From NCBI GenBank assembly GCA_017983435.1, contig JAGOBM010000005.1, positions 28,469-92,468 of the forward strand: a DNA stretch of 64,000 nt, given 5' to 3'. The translations under genes and the position numbers were made by a program. This DNA comes from Candidatus Moraniibacteriota bacterium (GTDB taxonomy: Bacteria; Patescibacteriota; Minisyncoccia; Moranbacterales; UBA1568). Shown piece by piece: positions 18,301-28,101 of the stretch; positions within the stretch are counted from its first letter, which is position 1; every line of letters begins with the position of its first letter. The notes under the pieces are model-generated. The model did no database searches. It was not told the origin of the DNA and saw nothing but the letters and a program-made list of their open reading frames with translations.

Positions 18301-19526
18301 GACTCTGGCAGAGCAATATCGGCAAAGCCTGGCAGGTGCTCAAGCGTGATGGCTTGTGGCGCGGCGGGCAGCGTATTTTCGGAGGTTTTTTTGATATGCT
18401 TCCGCGCCCGCTCGAGGGCGATATCCTGATCATTTCAAGCGGGGTCGGAGATACTGCTCGCTATCGAGGTGCCCATGTGGCGGAAGAGTTGCGCCAGCAG
18501 GGATTCCGAGTGGCGGTGACCACACAGTACAATCCGCTGTTGGCACGGTATGCTGACCGCTTTTCTGTCTTTGTCTTTCATCGGACGCTCTACGCGGGTC
18601 GGGTCAAGGTATTGTTCGATCGGGCGAAGTCGCTCGGCAAGACGCTCGTGTTTGAGACCGACGATCTCGTCTTTGATCCGGTGTTCGTCCAGCAGATGGA
18701 TTTCTATCAATCGATGAATGCGCTTGAGAAGAAACTCTACGAGCATGGAGTCGGCGGCGAGATCCTCGCTGATCCGGCAGTCGAGGTCGCGACCACGACG
18801 ACCGCCTATCTGGCTGAGAAGCTCTCTGCCAAGGGCAAGCGGGTGTTCATCATGAAAAACAAACTGTCAGAGGAGGATGTCCGCTGGGCCGATGAAATCA
18901 TCTCTATTGGTCATTCCGGCCGGAGCGGAGGAATCTCAAAATCCCTCGTCTGCCAGCTGGCGGATCGGGATGACGCATTGGTCCGTATCGGCTACGCGAG
19001 CGGGACAGCGACGCACAATAAAGATTTTGCGACGATTACCGAAGCGCTCCTCCGCCTGCTGGCCGCGTATCCGCAGACGGTGCTCGTGATTGCCGGGCCG
19101 CTTCTGCTCGATGAGCGTTTCGCGCCGTTTGCTCCGCGTATCGAGCGGTTGCCGTTCGCCGATCGTCGGCAGCACTTCAAAAATCTCGCTTCGCTTGATA
19201 TCAATCTCGCTCCGCTCGAGATCGGTGAACCCTTCTGTGAGGGGAAATCGGAATTGAAATTTTTCGAAGCGGGTATCGTGGCGGTGCCGACCGTCGCTTC
19301 TGCTACGGGGACGTTTATCGAGGCGATCGATGACGGTACTGACGGGTATGTCGCTCGGAATACCGATGAGTGGTACGCGCATCTGGAGGAGCTGGTCTCG
19401 GATTCTGAGAAGCGGGTATCGATGGGGCAGGCGGCGCGGGCCACAGTGCTCCGTGACTCTGTGACGACACGCGGGACGAATGATGAATATTATCAGTATC
19501 TTAGGCAACGTATTCACGAACAGTAA
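18297..19526 (+). CDS. Glycosyltransferase, GT-B fold (GT4-like C-terminal domain)
   Basis: 409 aa; C-terminal KFFEAGIVAVPTVASATGTFIEAIDDGTDGY resembles the GT4 nucleotide-sugar binding motif; 4-nt overlap with the upstream GT4 gene. Confidence 0.6.
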   Translation: MRLWQSNIGKAWQVLKRDGLWRGGQRIFGGFFDMLPRPLEGDILIISSGVGDTARYRGAHVAEELRQQGFRVAVTTQYNPLLARYADRFSVFVFHRTLYAGRVKVLFDRAKSLGKTLVFETDDLVFDPVFVQQMDFYQSMNALEKKLYEHGVGGEILADPAVEVATTTTAYLAEKLSAKGKRVFIMKNKLSEEDVRWADEIISIGHSGRSGGISKSLVCQLADRDDALVRIGYASGTATHNKDFATITEALLRLLAAYPQTVLVIAGPLLLDERFAPFAPRIERLPFADRRQHFKNLASLDINLAPLEIGEPFCEGKSELKFFEAGIVAVPTVASATGTFIEAIDDGTDGYVARNTDEWYAHLEELVSDSEKRVSMGQAARATVLRDSVTTRGTNDEYYQYLRQRIHEQ

Positions 19527-19530
19527 CTCT

Positions 19531-20652
19531 ATGACAAAACGCTTAGCAAAGAAGGAAAAACGGATACATGATCTGATAGCCCGAGTGACGGATCAGCGGA
19601 ATCGGACCATAGTCGGGATCGGGGTACTGTCGGGAGCGGTGATGATGTGTCTGGTCGGTGTCGTCTTGTTTGCGGGCTGGAAACTCTGGCCGCTGTTCCC
19701 TGTGGAGACTCCGAAAGAGTCCGCGGAACTCGTGCAGCCGGTGATCACGGAAACCAGTTTGCTCAAGATCGGCTTCGTCAACGATTGGGAATACGGGACT
19801 CGGAAGCGTCTCGGACACAAATTGACCAATCAGGCTCCGATGGAGCTCGGTCAGGCGGTGGAGTATCTCAATACGGTGTTTCAGCCGGATATCGTGGTCG
19901 GCGGCGGCGATTATGTCGAGAGCAGCGGGGTGAAGCCGGAGCGGGCCAAGGAACAGCTCTTGCTCGTGGACAAGATTTTCCAGAGGCTCACGGCGCCGCG
20001 CCTGTACGCGCTCGGTAATCATGATATGCGCGTTTTGACCAAGGCGGAGGTTCGGGAGATACTCGGCATCGAGGAGAATCATGCCATCCGTGATATCGGT
20101 GATTGGCGCATCGTCGTGCTGGATACGAATTTCAACAAGACGGATGGGAGCGATCGCAACGCCAAGGCCTATGCGACCGGATTTGTGAGCGAGGGTGAGC
20201 TCAGTTGGCTCTCCGAGGCGCTCCGGACCGAGCGTCCGGTTATCGTCTTCTCGCATCACTCGCCGGTCGTTTCGCCGAATGTGAATGGTATATTTTCGGT
20301 GAGCATAGAAAATGCCGCCTCGGTGCGTGAGGTGCTGGAGGCAGCAGGCAATGTCGCGGCGGTCGTGTCGGGGCATAGTCCGTACGGCTACTATGAAGAA
20401 CGCAACGGCATCCATTATTTCGTCGTCGATACGATGGTCAATGAGAGTGCGCTCGGGACGTTTGCGACCATAGAGATGCGCTATGCTTGGGAGACCGGTG
20501 ACGCCGATATCCTCTTCAAGCGGGTAGACGGTGGCCAGCGATTGTTTGAGACGGTAGACTGGAAGCGTGATGGCAGATATGTGGAACATGATCGATTGCC
20601 GGAGCCGATACGGGAGGATACCCTTCCGGTTCCGGGTGTCGAGGAAGACTAG
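19531..20652 (+). CDS. Membrane-anchored calcineurin-like metallophosphoesterase
   Basis: N-terminal TM; GDYVE, GNHD, VFSHHSP, SGHS metallophosphatase motifs. ATG 19531 chosen because 19480 would overlap the upstream gene by 47 nt (either is possible). Confidence 0.7.
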   Translation: MTKRLAKKEKRIHDLIARVTDQRNRTIVGIGVLSGAVMMCLVGVVLFAGWKLWPLFPVETPKESAELVQPVITETSLLKIGFVNDWEYGTRKRLGHKLTNQAPMELGQAVEYLNTVFQPDIVVGGGDYVESSGVKPERAKEQLLLVDKIFQRLTAPRLYALGNHDMRVLTKAEVREILGIEENHAIRDIGDWRIVVLDTNFNKTDGSDRNAKAYATGFVSEGELSWLSEALRTERPVIVFSHHSPVVSPNVNGIFSVSIENAASVREVLEAAGNVAAVVSGHSPYGYYEERNGIHYFVVDTMVNESALGTFATIEMRYAWETGDADILFKRVDGGQRLFETVDWKRDGRYVEHDRLPEPIREDTLPVPGVEED

Positions 20653-20685
20653 TCAGCGGATAATCAGGTAAGAGACTACGGGAGT

Positions 20686-21639
20686 ATGAAGATTCTGATC
20701 ACGGGTGGGGCTGGGTTCATAGGTTCTGCGTGTGCCAAGGCGCTCATGGAACGGGGCGATACGCCGATACTGGTGGATAATTTCAATGACTACTACGATC
20801 CGCAGCTGAAGAGAGATCGGATTTCCAAGTTTCTCAAACCGTATAAGGGGAAATTTGTGGTGCGTACTGGCGATATCCGCGATCGGAAATTCATGGAGCG
20901 CGTCTTCAAAAAAGATCAGCCGGAAAAGGTGATTCATCTGGCCGCGATGGCCGGGGTGCGCAATTCGCTCCGCGATCCGCTCCTGTATGCGGATGTCAAC
21001 GTGATGGGGACGACCAATCTACTCGATCTCTCAGTGAAATACGGGATCAAGAATTTCGTCTATGCCTCCTCGTCATCGGTCTATGGCACCAACACACCGC
21101 CGTTTGCTGAGACGGACAATGTCGATACGCCGATCTCACCGTACGCCGCGACCAAGAAGGCTACCGAGCTCATCGCCCATACCTTCAGTCATATCCACGG
21201 GTTGCCGACGACGGGCCTGCGTTTCTTCACGGTCTATGGTCCGTGGGGCCGGCCGGATATGGCGCTGTTTCATTTCACGAAGAGCATCCTCGAGGGCCAG
21301 GAGATCGAGGTCTACAATTTCGGCAAGATGTCACGCAATTTCACCTACGTCGACGATATCGTCTCAGGGACGATCACGGTGCTGGATGCCGATCTGCCCT
21401 GCGATGTGATGAATATCGGCGGCGACCGCGAAGAGACGCTGCTTGCTTTCATCGGGACAATCGAGAAGCATACGGGCCAAGAGGCGAAGAAGAAGCTCAT
21501 GCCGATGCAGCCGGGTGATGTACCGAACACCGTGGCGAATATCAAGAAACTCCGCAGGCTCGGCTGGAAACCGACCACTCGTATCGATAAGGGTATCAAG
21601 AACTTCGTCGAGTGGTATCGGGAATACTATAAGGCTTAA
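20686..21639 (+). CDS. NAD-dependent epimerase/dehydratase (UDP-glucuronate or UDP-sugar 4-epimerase-like, extended SDR)
   Basis: TGGAGFIGS Rossmann motif, YAATK catalytic YxxxK, 317 aa. Confidence 0.9.
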   Translation: MKILITGGAGFIGSACAKALMERGDTPILVDNFNDYYDPQLKRDRISKFLKPYKGKFVVRTGDIRDRKFMERVFKKDQPEKVIHLAAMAGVRNSLRDPLLYADVNVMGTTNLLDLSVKYGIKNFVYASSSSVYGTNTPPFAETDNVDTPISPYAATKKATELIAHTFSHIHGLPTTGLRFFTVYGPWGRPDMALFHFTKSILEGQEIEVYNFGKMSRNFTYVDDIVSGTITVLDADLPCDVMNIGGDREETLLAFIGTIEKHTGQEAKKKLMPMQPGDVPNTVANIKKLRRLGWKPTTRIDKGIKNFVEWYREYYKA

Positions 21640-21648
21640 TATTGAGGT

Positions 21649-22758
21649 ATGAAGATAGCCCTGGTGCATGATTATCTGGTGCAGTACGGAGGAGCGGAGC
21701 GGGTGCTCGAGGCTTTTACCGAGCTTTATCCCTACGCGCCGATCTATACGCTCATCTACGATCCTGAGGCGATGCATGGTGTCTTCGTCGGCAAACGCAT
21801 CTATACGTCGTTCCTTCAGAAATCCCGGTTTGTGCGCAAGCATCACCGGCTTTTTCCGGCGCTCATGCCGCTCGCGATCGAGGAGTTCGATTTCTCGAAA
21901 TACGATGTCGTACTCTCTGATTCGTCGAGCTATGCCAAGGGCATCATCACGCGGCCTGAGACGCTCCATATCTCCTATATGCACACGCCGATGCGCTATG
22001 CTTGGGATGACTGCCAGAAGTACACGGAGGACTTCGGCTTCCCGCTCCTGGTGAAGAAGCTGGTGCCGTTCTTCATGAATCCGATCCGTCTCTGGGATCG
22101 GGTGAGTGCTGACCGAGTCGACCGCATCGTGGCCAATTCGAATTTCGTAGCGGCGCGCATCCGGAAGTACTATCGGAAGGAATCCGTCGTCATCCATCCG
22201 CCGGTCGATGTCGATCGCTTCGCGGTCGATCCGGTCGGGAAAGATTACTATCTCATGGTCGGCCGGCTCATCGCCTACAAGCGCCACGATATCGCCATCG
22301 AGGCATTCAACCAGCTCAATCTGCCGCTCAAGATCATCGGCCGCGGACCAGAGCTCGAGCGTCTCAGGCGGCTGGCTGGACCGACGATTGAATTCCTCGG
22401 CCGGGTCGACGAGGTGGAGCTGCCGAAATACTATGCCGAATGCCGCGGATTTGTGTTTCCTCAGGAGGAGGATTTTGGCATCGTGGCGATCGAGGCCTTG
22501 GCTTCGGGCCGCCCGCTGATCGCGTATCGGGGCGGCGATATCCCGGAACACATGGAGGAAGGGAAAATGGGAGTATTCTTCGATGAGCAGACGAGCGAAT
22601 CCGTTATCCAAGCGGTGAAGCGGTTCGAGAAGATGCATTTTGATCCGGCATACATCCGGTCGCGGGTGCTCCGCTTTGACAAAGCGCTGTTTAAGGCTAA
22701 GATGAAGGACTACATCGAAAGCGAGGTAGCGAAACATCTGGAACGCAGGCAATACTAA
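21649..22758 (+). CDS. Glycosyltransferase family 1 (GT4)
   Basis: MKIALVHDYLVQYGGAERV N-terminus, C-terminal E(x7)E-like region. Confidence 0.85.
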   Translation: MKIALVHDYLVQYGGAERVLEAFTELYPYAPIYTLIYDPEAMHGVFVGKRIYTSFLQKSRFVRKHHRLFPALMPLAIEEFDFSKYDVVLSDSSSYAKGIITRPETLHISYMHTPMRYAWDDCQKYTEDFGFPLLVKKLVPFFMNPIRLWDRVSADRVDRIVANSNFVAARIRKYYRKESVVIHPPVDVDRFAVDPVGKDYYLMVGRLIAYKRHDIAIEAFNQLNLPLKIIGRGPELERLRRLAGPTIEFLGRVDEVELPKYYAECRGFVFPQEEDFGIVAIEALASGRPLIAYRGGDIPEHMEEGKMGVFFDEQTSESVIQAVKRFEKMHFDPAYIRSRVLRFDKALFKAKMKDYIESEVAKHLERRQY

Positions 22759-22873
22759 AAACACACAAACCAAACAAAACGCAGTATTCATAGCACACTC
22801 CATATTTTCGGGTTTTGTGTTGTATGATGTGTTTGGTTTTTGTATGTTTAGTCCTGTCATTGAATGCAAGTCT

Positions 22874-23515
22874 ATGGAATTCCGAGAAATAGTGAAGCTG
22901 TACTGGGAAGAGCGGAGACTATTCGCATTGATCATCGCGGTTTCGGTTTTCCTGACGCTGGTCTGGCAGGTGAATCAGCCGATCAGCTATCAGGCCTCGC
23001 TCTTGCTCAATATCGGTCGGCAGGGCGTGCAGGCGACGACTGGCGAATATACCTATGATAATTTCTACCGCCTGCAGGCAGACGAGCGTTTCGCGGATAC
23101 GGTGGTCCGCTGGCTAGAGTCGCCTCGCGTCGTGTCGGATATCCTCAAGGAAGCCGGCATACGACCGCAGGCCGCCTCTGAGAGCGATCTGCGCGGCATG
23201 ATCGGGGCGAAGCGTCTCTCATCTCAGGTGATCGAGACCTCATTTACGGAAACCAGGAAAGAAATCTTGGAAAAAGAATCCGATGCGATTGTCCAGGTGC
23301 TCAATCTCTACGCTTCCGGACTCAATCAGGGAAGCGCGAGCGATGGTTGGTTCGTCGTGGTCGGCAGCAATCCGGTCATTCTCGACGCGCGGACGGCGCC
23401 GGGGACAGCTATCGCTTTCGGGGCGATCGCCGGCATACTCTTGGCTTTCTGGGGAGTGGCGATCAAGCGGTATTTTTCCGGGGCGGCGGAGACGGCGGAT
23501 GGGCGCGCAGCATGA
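22874..23515 (+). CDS. Wzz-like polysaccharide co-polymerase (chain-length determinant) family protein
   Basis: N-terminal TM, periplasmic domain, C-terminal TM (GAIAGILLAFWGVAI); start trimmed to Met 22874. Confidence 0.55.
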   Translation: MEFREIVKLYWEERRLFALIIAVSVFLTLVWQVNQPISYQASLLLNIGRQGVQATTGEYTYDNFYRLQADERFADTVVRWLESPRVVSDILKEAGIRPQAASESDLRGMIGAKRLSSQVIETSFTETRKEILEKESDAIVQVLNLYASGLNQGSASDGWFVVVGSNPVILDARTAPGTAIAFGAIAGILLAFWGVAIKRYFSGAAETADGRAA

Positions 23516-23540
23516 TTGATCGTTGAACACAGCTACGGAT

Positions 23541-24692
23541 ATGAGAATCGGAATCGATGTGAGATGCCTGCAGGACGGAACGCATTCGGGAGTGGAAGAA
23601 TACGTGCGTGCGCTGCTCGAAGAGCTGTTTGCTTCGGATACGGAGAATGAATACCTCCTGTTTGCGAATGCGTGGAATGTCGAGCGAATCGATTTTTCTT
23701 GGACCGAGCGCTATCGGAATGTCTCAGTCCGTCTTTCGCGCTGGCCGAACAAGCTGCTCAATCTCTGTTTCTGGTATCTCGGATGGCCCAAGGCTGATCG
23801 GATGCTCGGCGGGACAGATGTCTTTTTCATGCCGAATCTCAATTTCATCGCGCTCTCTCGAGACGTGCGTTTCGTACTGACGGCGCATGATCTCTCTTTC
23901 GAGCTCTTCCCGGAGACATTCTCGTGGAAGCGGCGGCTCTGGCATGTGTTCGTCGATTTCCGTCGGCTCGTGCGGCGCGCTGATCAAGTGATCGCGGTCT
24001 CGCAATCGACGGCCGATGATCTGCGGGCGGTCTACGGGACTTCCGAGCAGAAAATCCGGGTGATTCCGAGCGGTATCCGGGATATCTTCCGGCCGGTCGA
24101 TCGCAATGATGCGACGCTTCTCGCCATCAAGGAGAAATACGGCCTACCGTTCAAATTCATCCTCTCGCTCGGGACGATCGAACCGCGCAAGAACCTCGTC
24201 TCTCTCCTTCGGGCATTCGAGACGATGCAGGGGAGCGGGCATCCCGAGCTGATGAAATACGCGCTGGTGATCGCCGGGACTGAAGGCTGGGCTTCGCGCG
24301 ATTTCTTCGACCAGGTGCGGCGCTCGCCGGTACGGGACCGGATCATCCTGACCGGGTTCGTCGAGGATCAGGACAAGCCTGGACTCTATTCGCTCGCGAG
24401 CGCCTTTGTCTACCCGTCGCTCTATGAGGGCTTCGGCTTTCCGCCGCTTGAAGCGCTCGCCTGCGGGACGCCGGTGATCGCGTCGCACTCGTCGTCCCTG
24501 CCGGAAGTCGTCGGAGCGGATGCGATACTGATCGACCCCTATCGGCCAGAGGAGATCCTGCAGGCATTGCGGCAGCTGCTTCTCTCTCGAGAACTCCAGG
24601 AGATACTGCGTGATGCCGGTCCGGTGCAGGCTTCACATTTTTCGTGGCCGCGTGCCGCAACATCAGTCCGAAAAGTCTTGACAGAAATCTGA
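23541..24692 (+). CDS. Glycosyltransferase family 1 (GT4)
   Basis: MRIGIDVRCL... N-terminus, C-terminal YPSLYEGFGFPPLEALACGTPVIAS motif; ATG 23541 chosen over TTG 23523. Confidence 0.85.
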   Translation: MRIGIDVRCLQDGTHSGVEEYVRALLEELFASDTENEYLLFANAWNVERIDFSWTERYRNVSVRLSRWPNKLLNLCFWYLGWPKADRMLGGTDVFFMPNLNFIALSRDVRFVLTAHDLSFELFPETFSWKRRLWHVFVDFRRLVRRADQVIAVSQSTADDLRAVYGTSEQKIRVIPSGIRDIFRPVDRNDATLLAIKEKYGLPFKFILSLGTIEPRKNLVSLLRAFETMQGSGHPELMKYALVIAGTEGWASRDFFDQVRRSPVRDRIILTGFVEDQDKPGLYSLASAFVYPSLYEGFGFPPLEALACGTPVIASHSSSLPEVVGADAILIDPYRPEEILQALRQLLLSRELQEILRDAGPVQASHFSWPRAATSVRKVLTEI

Positions 24693-24708
24693 AAAATTCC
24701 AGAAATTC

Positions 24709-24717
24709 TGGTATACT
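24709..24717 (+). promoter_or_regulatory. Extended -10 promoter (TGgTATACT) for the 24754 gene
   Basis: TGnTATAAT-like element 37 nt upstream of the start codon. Confidence 0.5.
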
Positions 24718-24753
24718 GAGCGAAGTGTAAAACAAAAATAAACAAAGAAGAGT

Positions 24754-26142
24754 ATGGATAAGCAGCATCGTTCTCGGTCGGTATCATTGCCGGCGGCACT
24801 GATCATCATGTTCGTCTCTTTGGGCGCCTTTGTCGGTACGGCCAAGCTGGTCGCGCCGGAGAAGCATTTCGGTTTGACGATGTTTTCTTTCGCGAGTTAT
24901 GACGACGAGGACAGTGATTCGGATGATAGCGATGAAGATGAAGACAAGGATGATGACGAGGATGAAGATAAGGATGATGACGAAGACAAAGCCGCAGAGA
25001 AAGAAGCTGAAAAGCGGAAGAAGGAATCCGAGAAGCAGCGCACAATGTCTCGGAGTGCTACCAGTGGATCATCGGCGTCTTCTGTAGTGAAGACCGAGGA
25101 TGATGATGCAGACGATACCGAGGACGATATGGACGAAGATGAAGATGAAGATGAGAATGAATCGGAAGGCGATGAGATGATGGAGTCTTCCGGAGGGATG
25201 TATAAAGAAAAAGAGAAGACACTCGAGCGATTGAATCGCGATTTGGCCAAGGCCGAGGAAGATATCATGAAGCAGGCCGAGAAGGGTGTCGATGTTTCGC
25301 CGCAATTGGCTGCTCTGGCAGCGTACAGGGCGCAACTCAGCACGGTTGGTGAAGCGTTTGATGTGGATGATCTTGATACGGCCAAGTCGCTCGCGAAGCA
25401 GCTGAAGAAAGAAGCCTACTTCTTGAAGAAGAGCGCTCAGGATGTCGAGAAGGTTGCCAAGGAGATGCAAGATGTCATGAAGCGCTTTGCTAAGGCTGAT
25501 GCGAAGATCGCTGAGCTGGAAGCGCTGGGTGGCGACACGGCTGCTTTGAAGGCTCAGCTGGATGTATTGCGATCGGACTATGCGGTACTGGAGTCGGCCA
25601 TCGCTACCGCTCCGGGGACGATTTCCCGCGATACCGTGAAGACCCTTGAGAAGAAAGTGCAGAGAGTAAAGAGCGCAGCGGAACTCGCTCTCTTTGCGCT
25701 CGGCGCGGATGATGATGGTGAATTGGCCATGGATCATGAAGACGAGTCGGATGATATCGTTGAACACCTCTTTGATGTCGCCGAGATAGAGGATGATGAG
25801 AATGGCGCTGTGACCGATCAGGTCCGCTCGGTCGCCGAGAATCAGCGAAGAGCGTCGAGGGCGGTGAAGTCTGCTGTCGATGATTTTGAACAGCGGAGCC
25901 GAGTGACGGAATTCTTCCTCGGTACCAATCAGGAAGCCTCGGCTCGGCTGACGGCTGAAATCGAGGCGATGCAATCACGCGCGATGGTTCTCGAGTCGGC
26001 TGCCGCCGCACTGGCTGATCCGGATATGAAGCAAATATTGCTCGATCAAGCAGCCGCTCTCCGTTCCGAAGCTGCCAAATTCTCGACGTATCTCAATACG
26101 CAGAACGCCGGTTTCAGCCTCTTCGGCTGGTTGTTCCAGTAG
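24754..26142 (+). CDS. Signal-anchored protein with extreme acidic D/E-rich low-complexity region and coiled-coil domain
   Basis: 462 aa; N-terminal TM; about 100 aa of DDEDEDKDDDEDEDKDDDEDK-type repeats encoded by tandem 24-nt DNA repeats at about 24925-24990; heptad-like A/K/E-rich C-terminal part. Confidence 0.6.
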   Translation: MDKQHRSRSVSLPAALIIMFVSLGAFVGTAKLVAPEKHFGLTMFSFASYDDEDSDSDDSDEDEDKDDDEDEDKDDDEDKAAEKEAEKRKKESEKQRTMSRSATSGSSASSVVKTEDDDADDTEDDMDEDEDEDENESEGDEMMESSGGMYKEKEKTLERLNRDLAKAEEDIMKQAEKGVDVSPQLAALAAYRAQLSTVGEAFDVDDLDTAKSLAKQLKKEAYFLKKSAQDVEKVAKEMQDVMKRFAKADAKIAELEALGGDTAALKAQLDVLRSDYAVLESAIATAPGTISRDTVKTLEKKVQRVKSAAELALFALGADDDGELAMDHEDESDDIVEHLFDVAEIEDDENGAVTDQVRSVAENQRRASRAVKSAVDDFEQRSRVTEFFLGTNQEASARLTAEIEAMQSRAMVLESAAAALADPDMKQILLDQAAALRSEAAKFSTYLNTQNAGFSLFGWLFQ

Positions 26143-26160
26143 GATTCGTTGAATATGCGC

Positions 26161-26192
26161 AAAGCCGAGGGTCATCAACTCTCGGCTTTTGT
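26161..26192 (+). terminator. Intrinsic terminator (aaagccgagggtcatcaactctcggctttt)
   Basis: 7-bp stem followed by T-run; immediately followed by an extended -10-like TGgTATTAT for speH. Confidence 0.7.
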
Positions 26193-26252
26193 GGTATTAT
26201 ATATTTTGGATGAGCGGATTCCGTTCAGGAAAATGTAACAAGATATTGTCAG

Positions 26253-26657
26253 TTGACTATGGCAGAGCAGAAACATTTTGGTGAGCATTTGACCTTGGAT
26301 GGCTATGGAGGAGATCATGACAAACTGAATAATAAAGAAGTAGTGCTTGCCTGTCTGAATAATCTGCCGGAGGAGCTCGGTATGCATAAGCTGTCCCAAC
26401 CAGAGATCTATTGGGCGGATGGCAATGACTCCAAAGATCCGGGCGGATGGAGCGGGTTCGTGGTGATTGAGGAAAGCCACATTAGCATCCATACGTTTCC
26501 GGGGAGGAAATTCGTTAGTATTGATGTGTATACGTGCCAGAACGGACTTGACAGAAAGTTTATTTCAGGTTATTTTATAAACAAGTTTGGCCTTCAGGAT
26601 ACCGAAGAAAACCTGGTAATCCGCGGGACGAAGTATCCAGAGAATAATCTGGTCTGA
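26253..26657 (+). CDS. speH: S-adenosylmethionine decarboxylase proenzyme (class 1b, pyruvoyl-dependent)
   Basis: 134 aa; processing/active-site motif VVIEESHISIHTFPG (E-S self-cleavage site) typical of small bacterial/archaeal AdoMetDC. Confidence 0.85.
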   Translation: MTMAEQKHFGEHLTLDGYGGDHDKLNNKEVVLACLNNLPEELGMHKLSQPEIYWADGNDSKDPGGWSGFVVIEESHISIHTFPGRKFVSIDVYTCQNGLDRKFISGYFINKFGLQDTEENLVIRGTKYPENNLV

Positions 26658-26683
26658 TATTTTCGATAGAGGAGGGCGTCCAC

Positions 26684-27160
26684 ATGTCAGCAGTCGTTTT
26701 AAAACTTATCATGAATGCTGCGACAGTCGTGGCATGGGTCTTGGGTATTTTCCTGAGTGTATTTGCGGTCTCGAAAGGATCGAAGCTGAAGGAGGAAATG
26801 GGCGTATCGTTTGGGATGTATATGACACTGGTCGGTGTGACGGAAGTCATTTACTCGGTTAGCGCGCTCCTTATCCTGTCTGCTATGGGGATCAATGTCG
26901 TCCAGTATCTGGTCGAGTTGAATTTCCGTCAGGCATTGGCTATCCTGCAGAGCTTCGATGTAACCACTATCCAGATAGTAGGTGTCCTCGGATGGGTTGG
27001 CTTTGTCATCAATCGATTGATTTCCTATGTCAGTCCGCTGTATCTCTTGATAGCCGGTGGTAAGAAATTGCATCGCTATTTTGTGATCTCGGCTTGGACG
27101 GAGATTACGCTGGAGACAACCCTGACTGTAGCGCTCTTTTGGATACTCTATTTCAAATAA
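26684..27160 (+). CDS. Membrane protein (4-5 TM), hypothetical
   Basis: 158-aa hydrophobic ORF with GGAGG RBS; lower-GC composition. Confidence 0.55.
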   Translation: MSAVVLKLIMNAATVVAWVLGIFLSVFAVSKGSKLKEEMGVSFGMYMTLVGVTEVIYSVSALLILSAMGINVVQYLVELNFRQALAILQSFDVTTIQIVGVLGWVGFVINRLISYVSPLYLLIAGGKKLHRYFVISAWTEITLETTLTVALFWILYFK

Positions 27161-27180
27161 GGATCTGTCTGGCGAGCAAG

Positions 27181-27224
27181 AAAAAAACGGGAGACATTGA
27201 TTCAATGTTCTCCCGATTTTTGTT
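27181..27224. terminator. Bidirectional terminator (aaaaaaacgggagacattgattcaatgttctcccgattttt)
   Basis: Long stem with A-run and T-run flanks between convergent genes. Confidence 0.7.
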
Positions 27225-27940
27225 TAGTCCATAAATGCTTCTGCAAGCATTTGGATGGAGGCGGCCTGCTCAGCGGATAATACATCCAAAAAAGGATTGT
27301 CGAGCATCATGAGCACACCGTAGTTTAAGCTTTCTTCATCATCCATATAATTCGGGATGATTCGGAGAGGGCGGAAGCCTTCGCTCATGTAGAGCTTGAT
27401 TTCCGGATCCCGAGTTTTTGGGTTGGACCCTGTCCCAAAAACGTGCTCCTCGATAGAACGCTTGGCGGCATGTTTCTGATACGCCGGTACTCGGGCGCCC
27501 AAGAGCGCTCCCTTCTTGCGGCCCCCGACGACAGAGGCGAGAAAAGCGGTACTGATGAGCTTGCTTGCCAATCCAAGCGCCTGATACTTGGGAGCGACCG
27601 TCAGATCGATCCCGAAAATGGTATCTCCATCTGGATCGTGTGTCGAGAGCGTCCGATAGCCGCTGATATCTTCCCAGGAAGAGCAGTGCATAGCGCGATC
27701 GAGCGTGGTGCAGAGCATGGTGGTCGAGGCAGCTACTTCCAGAGTTTCCATGTCGAGTACGACATAGATGAGTTCTGGACAGTAATTGAACTGTTCCATC
27801 ATGATCTCTTCGGTCCAGATGTATTTCGGGAGCGTGAGATCGCCCCAGGTTACCTGATTGATGTGAGCAATCTGGAGTGCCAGGTGTTTTTTTGAGAAAC
27901 CCTGGTTAAGCAAATCGGAAACACGAGCGACGTGAAACAT
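27224..27940 (-). CDS. GNAT-family N-acetyltransferase-like protein
   Basis: Motif VAPKYQALGLASKLI resembles GNAT motif A; start trimmed to Met 27940, which has an AGGAGG RBS. Confidence 0.5.
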   Translation of the reverse strand: MFHVARVSDLLNQGFSKKHLALQIAHINQVTWGDLTLPKYIWTEEIMMEQFNYCPELIYVVLDMETLEVAASTTMLCTTLDRAMHCSSWEDISGYRTLSTHDPDGDTIFGIDLTVAPKYQALGLASKLISTAFLASVVGGRKKGALLGARVPAYQKHAAKRSIEEHVFGTGSNPKTRDPEIKLYMSEGFRPLRIIPNYMDDEESLNYGVLMMLDNPFLDVLSAEQAASIQMLAEAFMD

Positions 27941-28101
27941 GGTGGACCTCCTGGTCTTGATGTTAATGAACGATAGTATAAAAGCATTTTTATATTGATT
28001 TGTCAATATCTGTAGAAGTTGGACGGTTCAAAGAAAAGAGCGATTTATGGTATGATTTCAATATAAGCTTTTGTGTTCATATTTCTTACATTTTTGAGCG
28101 T

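Noticed and set aside
21364-22935. 523-aa minus-strand ORF
   Set aside because: Antisense to the epimerase and GT4 genes; low-complexity R/D/H-rich translation
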